From: an uncultured Planctomycetia bacterium
GTDB lineage: Bacteria > Omnitrophota > Gorgyraeia > Duberdicusellales > 4484-171
NCBI GenBank assembly: GCA_964455875.1
Contig: CAYVYZ010000002.1
Span: 655 to 64,654, forward strand
Reading direction: 5' to 3'
Length of the DNA stretch: 64,000 nucleotides
The position numbers and the translations under genes are program-made. The notes under the pieces were generated by a model. The model saw nothing but the letters and a program-made list of their open reading frames with translations. It was not told where the DNA came from and did no database searches. This document shows, one piece after another, positions 1 through 9,295 of the stretch (its first letter is position 1; each line of letters starts with the position of its first letter).

Positions 1-905
1 AATTCTTTAGAGCAGTCCCACCCAATGTAATTTCTTCCTTTTTTATAAGCCACTTCCATACGACTATTATGTCCACAATTATGAACCACAACACCATTTG
101 CTATAAAATTATTAAATTCTTCTACTTCCATATTATAAACATCTATTTTTTCCGTTAATTTTTCTATTTTAATAAGTTTGTGGTTATAATTAAACTTATT
201 CCTTGAAATGTTTCCTACCGTGTTTTTATGAACACCAACAATTTTTCCAGATTGTTTATGTTTTTTTCTATAAAAAGCCATTAAAGAATCGTTTTCTTTT
301 AAATCCTTTGCTTCTTTCCAAGTTCCATCTAATAACATTACCTTATGATTTGGTGTAATCACCAATTCTTTTTCATTGTCTAAAGTTATTTTAATAACTT
401 TCGCATTTTTTCTTGTTTTCCTTATATTCCAAGCCTTTCTTAATTTAAGTTCTTTACCATCACAACAATATACGTATGTTTCTTTACCAACCAATGTTTT
501 TATAGGAACGTCTCCCTCAGGAATAGAAATCAGCGTATCTCCGCTAACACAAAAAGGGTCAAAAAACACTTCTCCTCTCTCAGTATAGAAATCTAGCAAC
601 TGTTCCAGTATATCTCTTGGGAACATACTAATAGCTCCTTTCCAACGAACATTCTGGTTTCTGGTGCTATAATCATAAATCTGTAGTGTTGGATTCCTGT
701 GTTCTTGAGATACTTTGTGCTGGCTTCTATCTGTTAAATCAAGTTTCTCACTGTGTTTAACAGGCCACACGCTATCAGGTATTCTACCAAATATGTTCAG
801 CAACCTTATCTTCCCAGCATAAGCGTCTGATTTACCTTTAAGTATCTTCTTCTTTTGCTCAGGGTTTACCTGGATTGGCTTTAAAAAATGTTTCCAGTCT
901 TTCAA
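1..905 (-). CDS. DNA methyltransferase (amino-MTase type) interrupted by a mini-intein; 3' end runs off the window
   Basis: Hand translation: ...SMFPRDILEQLLDFYTERGEVFFDPF|intein|CGHNSRMEVAYKKGRNYIGWDCSKE, i.e. motif X and SAM-binding motif I (DPF-x-G) followed by GRNYIGWD. Start uncertain (TTG at 905 after GGTGA, or GTG at 914/917). Absent from the ORF track because it has no stop in the window. Confidence 0.8.
   Translation of the reverse strand, partial: MKDWKHFLKPIQVNPEQKKKILKGKSDAYAGKIRLLNIFGRIPDSVWPVKHSEKLDLTDRSQHKVSQEHRNPTLQIYDYSTRNQNVRWKGAISMFPRDILEQLLDFYTERGEVFFDPFCVSGDTLISIPEGDVPIKTLVGKETYVYCCDGKELKLRKAWNIRKTRKNAKVIKITLDNEKELVITPNHKVMLLDGTWKEAKDLKENDSLMAFYRKKHKQSGKIVGVHKNTVGNISRNKFNYNHKLIKIEKLTEKIDVYNMEVEEFNNFIANGVVVHNCGHNSRMEVAYKKGRNYIGWDCSKE
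78..551 (-). mobile_element. Mini-intein (158 aa, no homing endonuclease)
   Basis: N-terminus CVSGDTLI, block B ITPNHKVML, C-terminus VYNMEVEEFNNFIANGVVVHN followed by +1 Cys; 474 nt in frame. Confidence 0.92.
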
Positions 906-1242
906 GCATTTCACCACTTTTAATTATTCTATATGAATCATCGTCTTCGTGATGCGTTGAGAACTCTATGATTTCTGCGTCTGTCACACCACCAAACGAA
1001 TGAACAAGGCCGGGAGGTATATGAATTATTGCTCCTTCATCTAATACTTCATATTTTATTTCTCCATCCTGGACTGTCATCATACCAACCTTACCCTTAT
1101 TAACATAAAACGTTTCGTCTTTCTTTAAATGAAAATGAAGACTGCACATCATTCCTTTCTTAACCACGAGTTTCTTACCACAATACTGTTTGTTAACAAT
1201 CCATTCTTCATATCCCCACGTCTTATCAACCTTTTTTACCAT
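859..1242 (-). CDS. Cupin-domain protein (sugar isomerase/D-lyxose isomerase-like)
   Basis: KxWGxE, SLHFHxxKDETFY, IPPGLVHSF, EFST cupin motifs. Confidence 0.8.
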   Translation of the reverse strand: MVKKVDKTWGYEEWIVNKQYCGKKLVVKKGMMCSLHFHLKKDETFYVNKGKVGMMTVQDGEIKYEVLDEGAIIHIPPGLVHSFGGVTDAEIIEFSTHHEDDDSYRIIKSGEMLERLETFFKANPGKP

Positions 1243-1315
1243 TTTAAATCCTCTTCTGTTAAATTAAATTTTTTTCATAATAATAACACACCGCACCTGT
1301 TACAAATGATTTCGT

Positions 1316-3298
1316 TCATTGAAACGGTATTCTCACCTCACATTCTGAACCATCACAATACTTATCAACTAATTCATGGGTGTCTCCTTTCAACCTTACT
1401 TTCTTAATCTTATTAATCTCGTTTTCATATTGTTCCTTCGTTAATGGTATGTAAGGTGCTTGTTTATACCCATGTTCTTTACGTGGTAAAAAACTAACAC
1501 CTTTCAACCTTACTTCGTATAATTCTAATATGTTTTTAATATCCTTCGCTTCTTCTGGTGAAAAATAAGCGGTAACGCTTACTTGGTTGTCTGCCCAATA
1601 AGTCTGAAGTTGTGCAACATTTTCTAGTTGTTCCCAAACACTTACTTGGTCAACACTCCTATCGAAAAACTCTTCTTTAACTGGGAAAGACACCACCATC
1701 GTGTTCTCACTATACTTATCTTTCTCAACTTTATAACCTGCTTCTTTAAGTTGTTTAAGCATAGGACTACCAGACTGAAACCTTATGTTTCTAATATAAT
1801 ACTCTGCCACAGGATAATGAACTCCGGGCGTCACACCAGCTAACAAACTAACAGTTCCGCTTGGTTTAACACTGGTTGTTTTAATTGAGTGTGGTATTCC
1901 AAGCCATTCAGAATATACTCTGTCCCAATACTGAATTTTTTCATATCCTTCTTCACAAGCCTGGAAAAACTTTCTTCTACCAAACTTCTTAAATGCTTGT
2001 GTGATACCACTAATACTACATCCAATACGCCTATTACGATTCATAACCCTATTAGTTAGTGGTTGATGGGTGGGAATAAGGGTTACTGTTTTAGCATACA
2101 TATAAGCGTATTTAAGCGTCTCAATCCATTCTTCCAAAGTCTCGTGTTTTGTAGGATATGTCTCTACTAAACAACATAATTCATATGGTTCTAGTGTTTG
2201 TTCCAAACAGGGATTCCCACCACCAGCACGATAATCTTTGTTATCTGGACGACAATTAATACGCGAATATTTTCTAGCGTTCTCAAGCCACTCATAGCCA
2301 GGTTCTCCATTCTTCGCTGTTCTATTAGCAACATCTGAATAATCCATTCCTATCTCTGCAAAAACACTATTATTACTCGCCCACCTGTGATTATAAATCT
2401 CTTCTTTATGTTTTTCTGGATTTTTTAAATCTAAAAAGGTTGTGTCGTTTGGGTCACCAAACATTATCTCCGCTGAGCGTCTAACGTTTCCAGACACAAC
2501 ACACTTTCCAACCAAGTTAAATATGTCTACAATATCTGCGCTGGTTATCTTTTGGCCTACTCTTCCATAAAGCAACTTTACTATGGATTCATACATTTCT
2601 TTAAGTGGTTCTGGGCCGCTGGCAGTCCCACCAAAACCATTTATGGGACTACCAAGTGGTCTAATACTGCTATAATCAACTTCTGAGGGTAATGCGTTCT
2701 TACCAACAAAAGCATTTAATACTGTTCTTAGTAAACCCACCCAACCTTCTCTCGTATCTGGAACTTTAAAAACATAGGTTTCGTCCACCTTTGGTTGCTG
2801 AATCGTGATTTTACCTGCTCCTTTGGTATCACCACCAACACCAACACCAAGCATGCTCATATCCATTAAAAAACAAAAAGGTTCTGCGAAGTCTGTGGAA
2901 ATGTTTTCTGTGGAAACAAACGCACAATTATTAAGGGCCGCGCCTCCGCGTTCATACACATAGTCTGTACCCATCATCCACAAACCACGACCAGGCGGAG
3001 TGAACTTAAACTCCCACATCAACTCAAACATTCTCTGAGCAGAGTTATTGGCCTTCTTCTGACTCCAAGGCAGCTTATTTTTATAACAATGTCTCTTCTG
3101 AATAGTGAAAACTCCTTCTACTACTCTCCGTAAAGTCTGCCAATACTCTTCTGTCTTACCATTAGGTAAGGGCCTTGCGTAAGTCCTTTTAAAAACCACA
3201 TATCCAAGAGGACCCCATTTAGGTTGCTTCCCTTTAAACTTATTAACAAAATCATTGTTTAACGTAAAAAATATTTTCTTGTCATCCATGTTAACCAA
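1316..3298 (-). CDS. nrdJ: Class II (adenosylcobalamin-dependent) ribonucleotide reductase
   Basis: RTYAR, PPGRGLW, LNNC, GNVRRSA, NPCLEQ, TSVKPSGTVS, C-terminal CDGSEC. Confidence 0.93.
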   Translation of the reverse strand: MVNMDDKKIFFTLNNDFVNKFKGKQPKWGPLGYVVFKRTYARPLPNGKTEEYWQTLRRVVEGVFTIQKRHCYKNKLPWSQKKANNSAQRMFELMWEFKFTPPGRGLWMMGTDYVYERGGAALNNCAFVSTENISTDFAEPFCFLMDMSMLGVGVGGDTKGAGKITIQQPKVDETYVFKVPDTREGWVGLLRTVLNAFVGKNALPSEVDYSSIRPLGSPINGFGGTASGPEPLKEMYESIVKLLYGRVGQKITSADIVDIFNLVGKCVVSGNVRRSAEIMFGDPNDTTFLDLKNPEKHKEEIYNHRWASNNSVFAEIGMDYSDVANRTAKNGEPGYEWLENARKYSRINCRPDNKDYRAGGGNPCLEQTLEPYELCCLVETYPTKHETLEEWIETLKYAYMYAKTVTLIPTHQPLTNRVMNRNRRIGCSISGITQAFKKFGRRKFFQACEEGYEKIQYWDRVYSEWLGIPHSIKTTSVKPSGTVSLLAGVTPGVHYPVAEYYIRNIRFQSGSPMLKQLKEAGYKVEKDKYSENTMVVSFPVKEEFFDRSVDQVSVWEQLENVAQLQTYWADNQVSVTAYFSPEEAKDIKNILELYEVRLKGVSFLPRKEHGYKQAPYIPLTKEQYENEINKIKKVRLKGDTHELVDKYCDGSECEVRIPFQ

Positions 3299-3314
3299 CC
3301 TCGTTTAAAAAATT

Positions 3315-3566
3315 TTATTTCTTCTTACCATACTTTTCTAATAGTAAGACTAGAGCTTTTAGACACTTAACTATTCTATCGATACCAATATTTTTAGCAG
3401 TACCAAGCTTAGTAGATAGTATGATTGATTTAGCATTATACTTTTTTTCATTCAAAAAATCTTGAATGAGTTTCTCAGCGGTCTTCTTCAAGTATTCTCT
3501 TTCATACTTCTGACTAAGAGCAATCCTCTTACTATCTAACTTCTTTTTCTTCTTATTGTCTGGCAT
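3315..3566 (-). CDS. Hypothetical basic protein
   Basis: ORF in operon context with RBS GGTGA. Confidence 0.6.
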   Translation of the reverse strand: MPDNKKKKKLDSKRIALSQKYEREYLKKTAEKLIQDFLNEKKYNAKSIILSTKLGTAKNIGIDRIVKCLKALVLLLEKYGKKK

Positions 3567-3576
3567 TTAACTCACC

Positions 3577-4488
3577 TCACAACACCTTCATAATACGACT
3601 AGCAATCGCCGCGAAACATATATTTGGGTCGAAAGATAAACTCATCTCCATCTGCCCGGTTGAAATAATCTCTGTTATCTCTGCTTTTGTTTTCACCGGC
3701 AAATCAGATTTGAAAAACATATCTTCTAAATCAACTAATAATTTATCATAATCTGGATGCCTGTTTGGTATTTCATATCTTATTTTACTCCACTCCTTAG
3801 CTCTTATGAGTTTATAGACTTCCTGAGATATTAGTTCTAACTCTTTCAGTTCCATCATGGTAATCTTCTTATCAGGATTAGAAGATAGTCGTTGTAATGT
3901 GTTAATACTTGTCCTAATATCTCCCTTGCTAATATCGGCAATCATGGTTAATATTAAATCTGTTGTCTTAATATCTTCTTTCTCAACGATAAATTTTAAC
4001 CTGTTTATTAACTCATTCTTATCAGGAGCAGTAAATTCAATTAGTGTAAACCTGCTTTGAATTGGTTCAGGAATTTTATGTAAATAATTACAAGTACATA
4101 GGAACCTTCCATTCCTAACGTATTGCTCCATCATGGCTCTTAAGGCAGCGAAAGCGTTAGCACTCATATAGTCAAACTCTTCAATCCAAATAAGTTTTGG
4201 CTTCCCCCCAACACTACTCTTAGAAGTGATAAAATTATAGACTGTTTCTCTAATAGTATCAACTCCTGTGGTGTCGCTACCATTAATCCTGAGCACATCA
4301 ATAGGTTTCAACATATCAATTATAATCTTAGCACATGTGGTTTTTCCTGTCCCAGGAGGCCCGAAAAACAATAAGTTGGGCATCTCCATAGGCTTCTCAA
4401 TAATGGTTTTCAGAGTAACTAAGTCTTTTACTCCAATCACTTCACTAAAATCTTTCGGCCTGTATTTTTCTATTAATGGTAAACTCAT
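3577..4488 (-). CDS. rfcS: Replication factor C small subunit (clamp loader)
   Basis: EKYRPK, Walker A GPPGTGKT, Walker B-like IEEFD, IQSRF, GDIR. Confidence 0.92.
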   Translation of the reverse strand: MSLPLIEKYRPKDFSEVIGVKDLVTLKTIIEKPMEMPNLLFFGPPGTGKTTCAKIIIDMLKPIDVLRINGSDTTGVDTIRETVYNFITSKSSVGGKPKLIWIEEFDYMSANAFAALRAMMEQYVRNGRFLCTCNYLHKIPEPIQSRFTLIEFTAPDKNELINRLKFIVEKEDIKTTDLILTMIADISKGDIRTSINTLQRLSSNPDKKITMMELKELELISQEVYKLIRAKEWSKIRYEIPNRHPDYDKLLVDLEDMFFKSDLPVKTKAEITEIISTGQMEMSLSFDPNICFAAIASRIMKVL

Positions 4489-4546
4489 TTACACACCCTC
4501 ATATAAAATGTGTGGTAACACACTATTTTTTTTCTTCGGCAATTTT

Positions 4547-5269
4547 TTATTCTTTCATTACTATTGGCGCTATTATACAAATAAATTCCATGCTTCCTTC
4601 TTTCTCAATAGATATTAGTGGAACTCCTGCGCCAATCCTGAACTCAACCACCGTATCTAAAGCATTAAACAACGAAACAAACATAGGACCCACCGTTACT
4701 GAACCCGTTCCTTTACTTTTCAGGGGGTCAAAAGGAACTGTGTTAATAAAGAAATCTGATTCTCCTTTAACACCAACCTCGAAACTAAACACATCTTCTT
4801 CTTTCTTAATATCCACGTGGTTGATTTTGAGAACATCTAAATCACTAATGGTTCTCTGTATCTCCCTACTATCAAATATTATATTCGCACTCGTTTCAAT
4901 CTTTGGCATGTCACCACGATATATTATTTCTTTACAAACGGACTCTGACGCAAGAATAACATATATTTGCCTTCTATCATCAAATAATCTGATTATAAAG
5001 TCCTCTACTTTCTCTATTTCTATGATGTCGTTAAAGCTTTTCAAATACTTTATGAAAGAAGGCGTGTTCTTCACAAATATCTCGCCAATAGGTTCATACT
5101 CTACAAAAGCATCTTTTCCAAGGCTAGTCATAGTCATAGCTACGTTTCCTGGGTCTCTCACAGCAGATTTTAAACCTTCATCAGTAAAATTCAGGTTTAT
5201 AATCATTAATGCGCCATTCAAACTAGCTTTTCTCACAAAATCTTTCAATATGTTTGCTTTAACTTTCAT
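4547..5269 (-). CDS. pcn: PCNA-like sliding clamp
   Basis: About 240 aa; FTDEGL..VRDPGNVAMT..L.KDAFVEY, C-terminal IIAP; adjacent to RFC; likely start MKVKAN at 5269. Confidence 0.75.
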   Translation of the reverse strand: MKVKANILKDFVRKASLNGALMIINLNFTDEGLKSAVRDPGNVAMTMTSLGKDAFVEYEPIGEIFVKNTPSFIKYLKSFNDIIEIEKVEDFIIRLFDDRRQIYVILASESVCKEIIYRGDMPKIETSANIIFDSREIQRTISDLDVLKINHVDIKKEEDVFSFEVGVKGESDFFINTVPFDPLKSKGTGSVTVGPMFVSLFNALDTVVEFRIGAGVPLISIEKEGSMEFICIIAPIVMKE

Positions 5270-5273
5270 TTTA

Positions 5274-5714
5274 TCATAACTCCTTGGTTTTTTCAACTGC
5301 ACCTTTCATAATCTCAGAACTGCTTCTCACCTTCTTACCACCGGTTCCCCACACCATCTTAATACCCAACTCATTACATAAATTTATTTCTGGAACATCT
5401 TTCAATGTTCGTCTCTTATCTCCTCCAAGACAAAACACGTCTGGGTGGAAAACCTCTAGCTCTGTGCAAACAGACATATCTTTTGGGTTTTCATCGTGAA
5501 AACTAATTTTTACATCGTCAACATAACGCAACGCTTTCAAAATTTCTTTTCTGTCATTCTCTGACATAAAAACAAACCCCTTCTTCTTCTTAAGCCAGTT
5601 ATCATTATTTAATATGACTAGTAACGTGTCTCCATAATCTCTGGCTTCTTTTAAAAAATTGATATGTCCGACGTGCAAGGGGTCAAAACCTCCTGATACG
5701 GCTACTGTAACCAC
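5274..5714 (-). CDS. Cytidylyltransferase-family (HIGH) nucleotidyltransferase, RfaE-II/TagD-like
   Basis: SGGFDPLHVGH, GGD, C-terminal RSSS. Confidence 0.85.
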   Translation of the reverse strand: MVTVAVSGGFDPLHVGHINFLKEARDYGDTLLVILNNDNWLKKKKGFVFMSENDRKEILKALRYVDDVKISFHDENPKDMSVCTELEVFHPDVFCLGGDKRRTLKDVPEINLCNELGIKMVWGTGGKKVRSSSEIMKGAVEKTKEL

Positions 5715-5733
5715 TTTTAATCACCTTTTTTAC

Positions 5734-6024
5734 TTATTCTGCTTTCTTTTCTTCGGTTTTTACGTTAGGAGTCTGTTCTTCTTTTTTCTCTTCTACTTTC
5801 TTTTCTACCGCTTCCAATGTTCTTGGTTCTGCTGTCTTAATCTCAAGCTTAACCGTTTCGGCTTTTTTCTCGATTTCTTTAAGTTTGGTAGAAATAGGTT
5901 GAATGTTTTTTTCAATCATATTAACCCTTTCATCTATATATTTTGCGTAATTAATTAATTCGTTTATCTTATCTCTTACCTCTTTTTCCCTTAGTTGTGG
6001 CTCAATTTTTTCTTGTTCTACCAT
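5734..6024 (-). CDS. Hypothetical coiled-coil protein
   Basis: E/K-rich ORF with RBS. Confidence 0.55.
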   Translation of the reverse strand: MVEQEKIEPQLREKEVRDKINELINYAKYIDERVNMIEKNIQPISTKLKEIEKKAETVKLEIKTAEPRTLEAVEKKVEEKKEEQTPNVKTEEKKAE

Positions 6025-6056
6025 TTTCCCACCTTCCTTATTTTATAATCTTCTAA

Positions 6057-6260
6057 CTACCTTACCTTTTCTTTAAATATTATTCTTCCATTAGTTAAAT
6101 CTTTAATAACAAAATATTCGTCGTTTTCCCAATAAAAAGCTATTTTACCGCGTTTTTCCCTATCCAGAAATCTGGAAGACACCTCTCTAAATCCAGGTAA
6201 CCACACACCAACATAATTAATAAAATCTTCTCTACTAGCACACCTTCTTTCAGTTACCAT
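6057..6260 (-). CDS. Hypothetical protein
   Basis: ORF in operon context. Confidence 0.5.
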   Translation of the reverse strand: MVTERRCASREDFINYVGVWLPGFREVSSRFLDREKRGKIAFYWENDEYFVIKDLTNGRIIFKEKVR

Positions 6261-6275
6261 TTTAAAAATATGTGG

Positions 6276-6419
6276 TTATTTTTCTAAATAACAAGTATAA
6301 CTACAGTAATCTAACACATACTCTTTGCCATTCTTAATCGCTGTTTTTCCCTTTGGTGGTTTGCTTTTATAAAAAAGTGTTCCACAAACCCTACACACAC
6401 AGTTTGGTTCTCGTTTCAT
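6276..6419 (-). CDS. Small zinc-finger protein (TRASH/MYM-like), 47 aa
   Basis: Hand translation MKREPNCVCRVCGTLF...YCSYTCYLEK; start overlaps the radA stop. Confidence 0.6.
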   Translation of the reverse strand: MKREPNCVCRVCGTLFYKSKPPKGKTAIKNGKEYVLDYCSYTCYLEK

Positions 6420-7357
6420 TTTACATTCACGAATCCTTCTTTTTTAATAAAGAAATTACACTCATTGCTCGGTAAATTAGGACTATCCACTAGTTTAGCA
6501 TAAATACTTCCTCCTTTTCCAGGCCTCACGTATATTCTGAACGCGCTGTTATGACCAACTATATGACCTCCTACCGGTGTGGTGGGGTCTCCATAAAACT
6601 GAGCTGGATTGGCATGCACTTGATTAGTCACAAGCACAACCAAGTTATATAAATCAGCTATTTTAAGTAATTGGTGCATGTGCTTATTAAGTTTCTGCTG
6701 TCTCTCAGCCAGTGTGCCTCGCCCTACAAACTCTGACCTGAAATGAGAAGTAAGAGAGTCAATCACAAGAATCCTATAATTCTCACCATTCTTTTGCAAC
6801 ATCTTCTCAATCTCTTCCACTAACAGTATCTGGTGGTCAGAGTTATAAGCTCTGCTAACATAAATTCTGTTCATCGCATCATCAAAATCTAAGCCGTTTG
6901 CCTCAGCAAAATCTTTTATTCTGTCTGGTCTGAAGGTATTTTCGGTATCTAAGAAGATTGCCTTATTATCTTTGTTCTCAATTAATGCTCTTACAACAAG
7001 CAAGTGAGCTAACTGGGTTTTACCGGACCCGAACTGTCCATATACTTCGGTTATTACACCAGATTCAAAACCACCTTCCAACATACCGTCGAAATCGGAG
7101 CAGCCTGTTCCGATTTTCCGGATTTTGTCTCTGCGTTTTGCGAACTCTTTGGCTTTTTCAAAACCAAGCTTCAAGTTCTCCCTTGCTTGTTGTATGAGCT
7201 TTCTCGCGACGGATTCACTAATCCCTGCGATTGTGCTAACCTCAACAGGAGTTGTAACTGCTAATGACATCAATGTAGATATACCTGCGCTTTCCAGTTT
7301 TTCAATTGTGGTAGGACCCGCACCTTTTAATATTGATAATTCTGATTTTTTTGTCAT
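6416..7357 (-). CDS. radA: Archaeal RadA recombinase
   Basis: N-terminal HhH (LKGAGP), Walker A GQFGSGKT, DTENTFRP, IDSLTSHFRSEFVGRGTLAERQQKL, VTNQV, DSPNLP. Confidence 0.95.
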   Translation of the reverse strand: MTKKSELSILKGAGPTTIEKLESAGISTLMSLAVTTPVEVSTIAGISESVARKLIQQARENLKLGFEKAKEFAKRRDKIRKIGTGCSDFDGMLEGGFESGVITEVYGQFGSGKTQLAHLLVVRALIENKDNKAIFLDTENTFRPDRIKDFAEANGLDFDDAMNRIYVSRAYNSDHQILLVEEIEKMLQKNGENYRILVIDSLTSHFRSEFVGRGTLAERQQKLNKHMHQLLKIADLYNLVVLVTNQVHANPAQFYGDPTTPVGGHIVGHNSAFRIYVRPGKGGSIYAKLVDSPNLPSNECNFFIKKEGFVNVK

Positions 7358-7367
7358 TTTAAAAAAA

Positions 7368-7520
7368 TGAATACCCCACCAACAAAGACGTCCTTTGCTG
7401 GTTTTTTATGGGGTAGCGGCAACATGGCCTTGCAATTTTTCTCCTTGCCATCATGTTGAATGACGCACATGGCATTCGTTCATCTTTCCAACATGATTAT
7501 CATTGATTATTCAATGAATA
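7368..7520 (-). ncRNA. Candidate structured RNA element (four hairpins) upstream of radA
   Basis: Stems UCAUUGA/UCAAUGA, AUCAUGUUG/CAACAUGAU, GGCAA/UUGCC, UACCCCA/UGGGGUA with inner CCAGCAAAG/CUUUGUUGG. Confidence 0.45.
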
Positions 7521-7865
7521 TTAATCTGTTCCTTTACTAATATCTTCAAGTATTTTAAGAGCTTCTTCAATAGTTTTTAATTTAGCGTCGAACATCCGTT
7601 CTTTATCAGACTGTCTTTCTTTAAGATTGGCTACTTTCTTCTCGGCTTTTTCCAACTCCCAGTCTAAATTCCTCTTCTCCCGGTCACATTCATCCTGATA
7701 TGCTTGTTTCTTGTCTTCAATAGAACTTCTTAAAGAGTCAACGGCTTGCTCGGCTTTCCTTATCTCATCAGCAAGTTGGAACTTAGCTGTCATTATATCC
7801 AGCTTCTTTGTAATTAATCTTTCTACAATACTATATCTACTTTGGCTTTCTCCCATAATAATCAC
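7521..7865 (-). CDS. Coiled-coil hypothetical protein
   Basis: Heptad-rich ORF, RBS GAGGTGA. Confidence 0.7.
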   Translation of the reverse strand: MIIMGESQSRYSIVERLITKKLDIMTAKFQLADEIRKAEQAVDSLRSSIEDKKQAYQDECDREKRNLDWELEKAEKKVANLKERQSDKERMFDAKLKTIEEALKILEDISKGTD

Positions 7866-7866
7866 C

Positions 7867-8994
7867 TCATTGAATAGGGAAATCTTCTTCTAATAATTTA
7901 TCATACTTCTTATAACAACCATAAAGCTCTTTGCTAAGCCTATCGAATTCTTCTTGATTAAGTGAATATTCGGCAATGTATTTAAGTAAAACATTAAAGC
8001 TCCTATCATATCTCATCAAGGACTTTGGAAACTTAATAATATTTCTATCAACTTCATACTTAATACTTGTCAACGGGTTTTCCCTGAAATAATTAATCGT
8101 GGCTATTACATCCTTATAAGTATCTGCTTTTAAATTCACTATTCTTTCTACGTCAATCACTTTATCAAAACGAGTTGTTAATCTTCCTTCAAACACAAAA
8201 GGAATAAATCTGTTAGTGACTGCTTTTGTGAACATCTGGTCAAAATACTCTTGTGCTTTACCAGTATAATAACTTGGAAGATTATAAAACAACACCAAAC
8301 TTAACTTACTAATATCATATTGTTCTTGGGTTGTGTTCGTCTTTCTACTTCTTTTAGTATAAGTGTTAAAATAGGCGCCTGTTGCTAACAAGAACTCTTG
8401 CATCTGTATCTTCTCATCCTTCTTCAAATTACCAAGCTCGTTAAGAATAATAAGTTTATTCCTTAACACATATTCCAGTTTAGCCATAGTTGCCCCATAC
8501 AAGTTAGCCATAGAGTCAACTAAATGACCAATAATATTCATAACGGAGTCCTTGCCAAAACCAGCGTCTGTAGACACCCTGTAATTAACCCTATCTATAA
8601 ACGCCGCTAAAGCTATTATTTTATAAAGTAAGAAATGTAAAGGCTTGGTGTGTGAAAATTGTGGCATTATATCCACCAACTCTCTAAAACTCATCTTCTT
8701 TTCAGCGGGAATCTTGATAGAAGTGATGCCAATAATAAAATTAAATACGTCGTTCTTATAATCTTTTTCTATTGTTTCGGTAACTTTAAAAGGTAGTTGT
8801 TCAACATGTTCATCTAAAGCGAAGTATTGTTTAATTCCTTTCTCCATAAAGAAACCATAAAATTTTTCTCCATTAATAGTTATACACTTCTTCTTACTTA
8901 CAAGATTTTCATCTGTGAAGATGTCGCTATACAACTGATTATTAAAATAAGTTATACAATCGTTGTGAAACATAAACTCATCTTCTTCTTTCAT
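7867..8994 (-). CDS. P-loop AAA+ ATPase, probable divergent replicative helicase (MCM-like)
   Basis: Walker A-like STDAGFGKD, Walker B-like ILNELG, sensor/arginine-finger-like NRF; located in the replication module. Confidence 0.55.
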   Translation of the reverse strand: MKEEDEFMFHNDCITYFNNQLYSDIFTDENLVSKKKCITINGEKFYGFFMEKGIKQYFALDEHVEQLPFKVTETIEKDYKNDVFNFIIGITSIKIPAEKKMSFRELVDIMPQFSHTKPLHFLLYKIIALAAFIDRVNYRVSTDAGFGKDSVMNIIGHLVDSMANLYGATMAKLEYVLRNKLIILNELGNLKKDEKIQMQEFLLATGAYFNTYTKRSRKTNTTQEQYDISKLSLVLFYNLPSYYTGKAQEYFDQMFTKAVTNRFIPFVFEGRLTTRFDKVIDVERIVNLKADTYKDVIATINYFRENPLTSIKYEVDRNIIKFPKSLMRYDRSFNVLLKYIAEYSLNQEEFDRLSKELYGCYKKYDKLLEEDFPIQ

Positions 8995-9003
8995 CGTCCC
9001 ACC

Positions 9004-9294
9004 TTAGAATAAATATTCTTCGTTTACACCTTTCTTAAAACTTATCTTGTCTTTTGGTTCTTTTGGTTTTAAAAGTTTTTTAATCTCAGAACCGCTTTTG
9101 TGTTTGGTGAAAGACTTTAAAATAGTGGCTTCCCCTTTCAAATCATATCTTATAAGCATGGTAACCCACAAATAACCATATTTGTCTGGTACAGGAATCT
9201 CTGTTTTTGTCTCTTCTGTTGGTTTCTCAATTGGTTTGTTGTTGAGTTTCTTTGGCTTCACTCCTTTTAACAGTTTTTCGTAAGGATTACTCAT
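9004..9294 (-). CDS. Hypothetical protein
   Basis: ORF in operon. Confidence 0.55.
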   Translation of the reverse strand: MSNPYEKLLKGVKPKKLNNKPIEKPTEETKTEIPVPDKYGYLWVTMLIRYDLKGEATILKSFTKHKSGSEIKKLLKPKEPKDKISFKKGVNEEYLF

Positions 9295-9295
9295 T

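Noticed and set aside
7358-7520. Read-through fusion of the 7521-7865 gene to radA
   Set aside because: The gap is 163 nt (out of frame) and contains further in-frame stops
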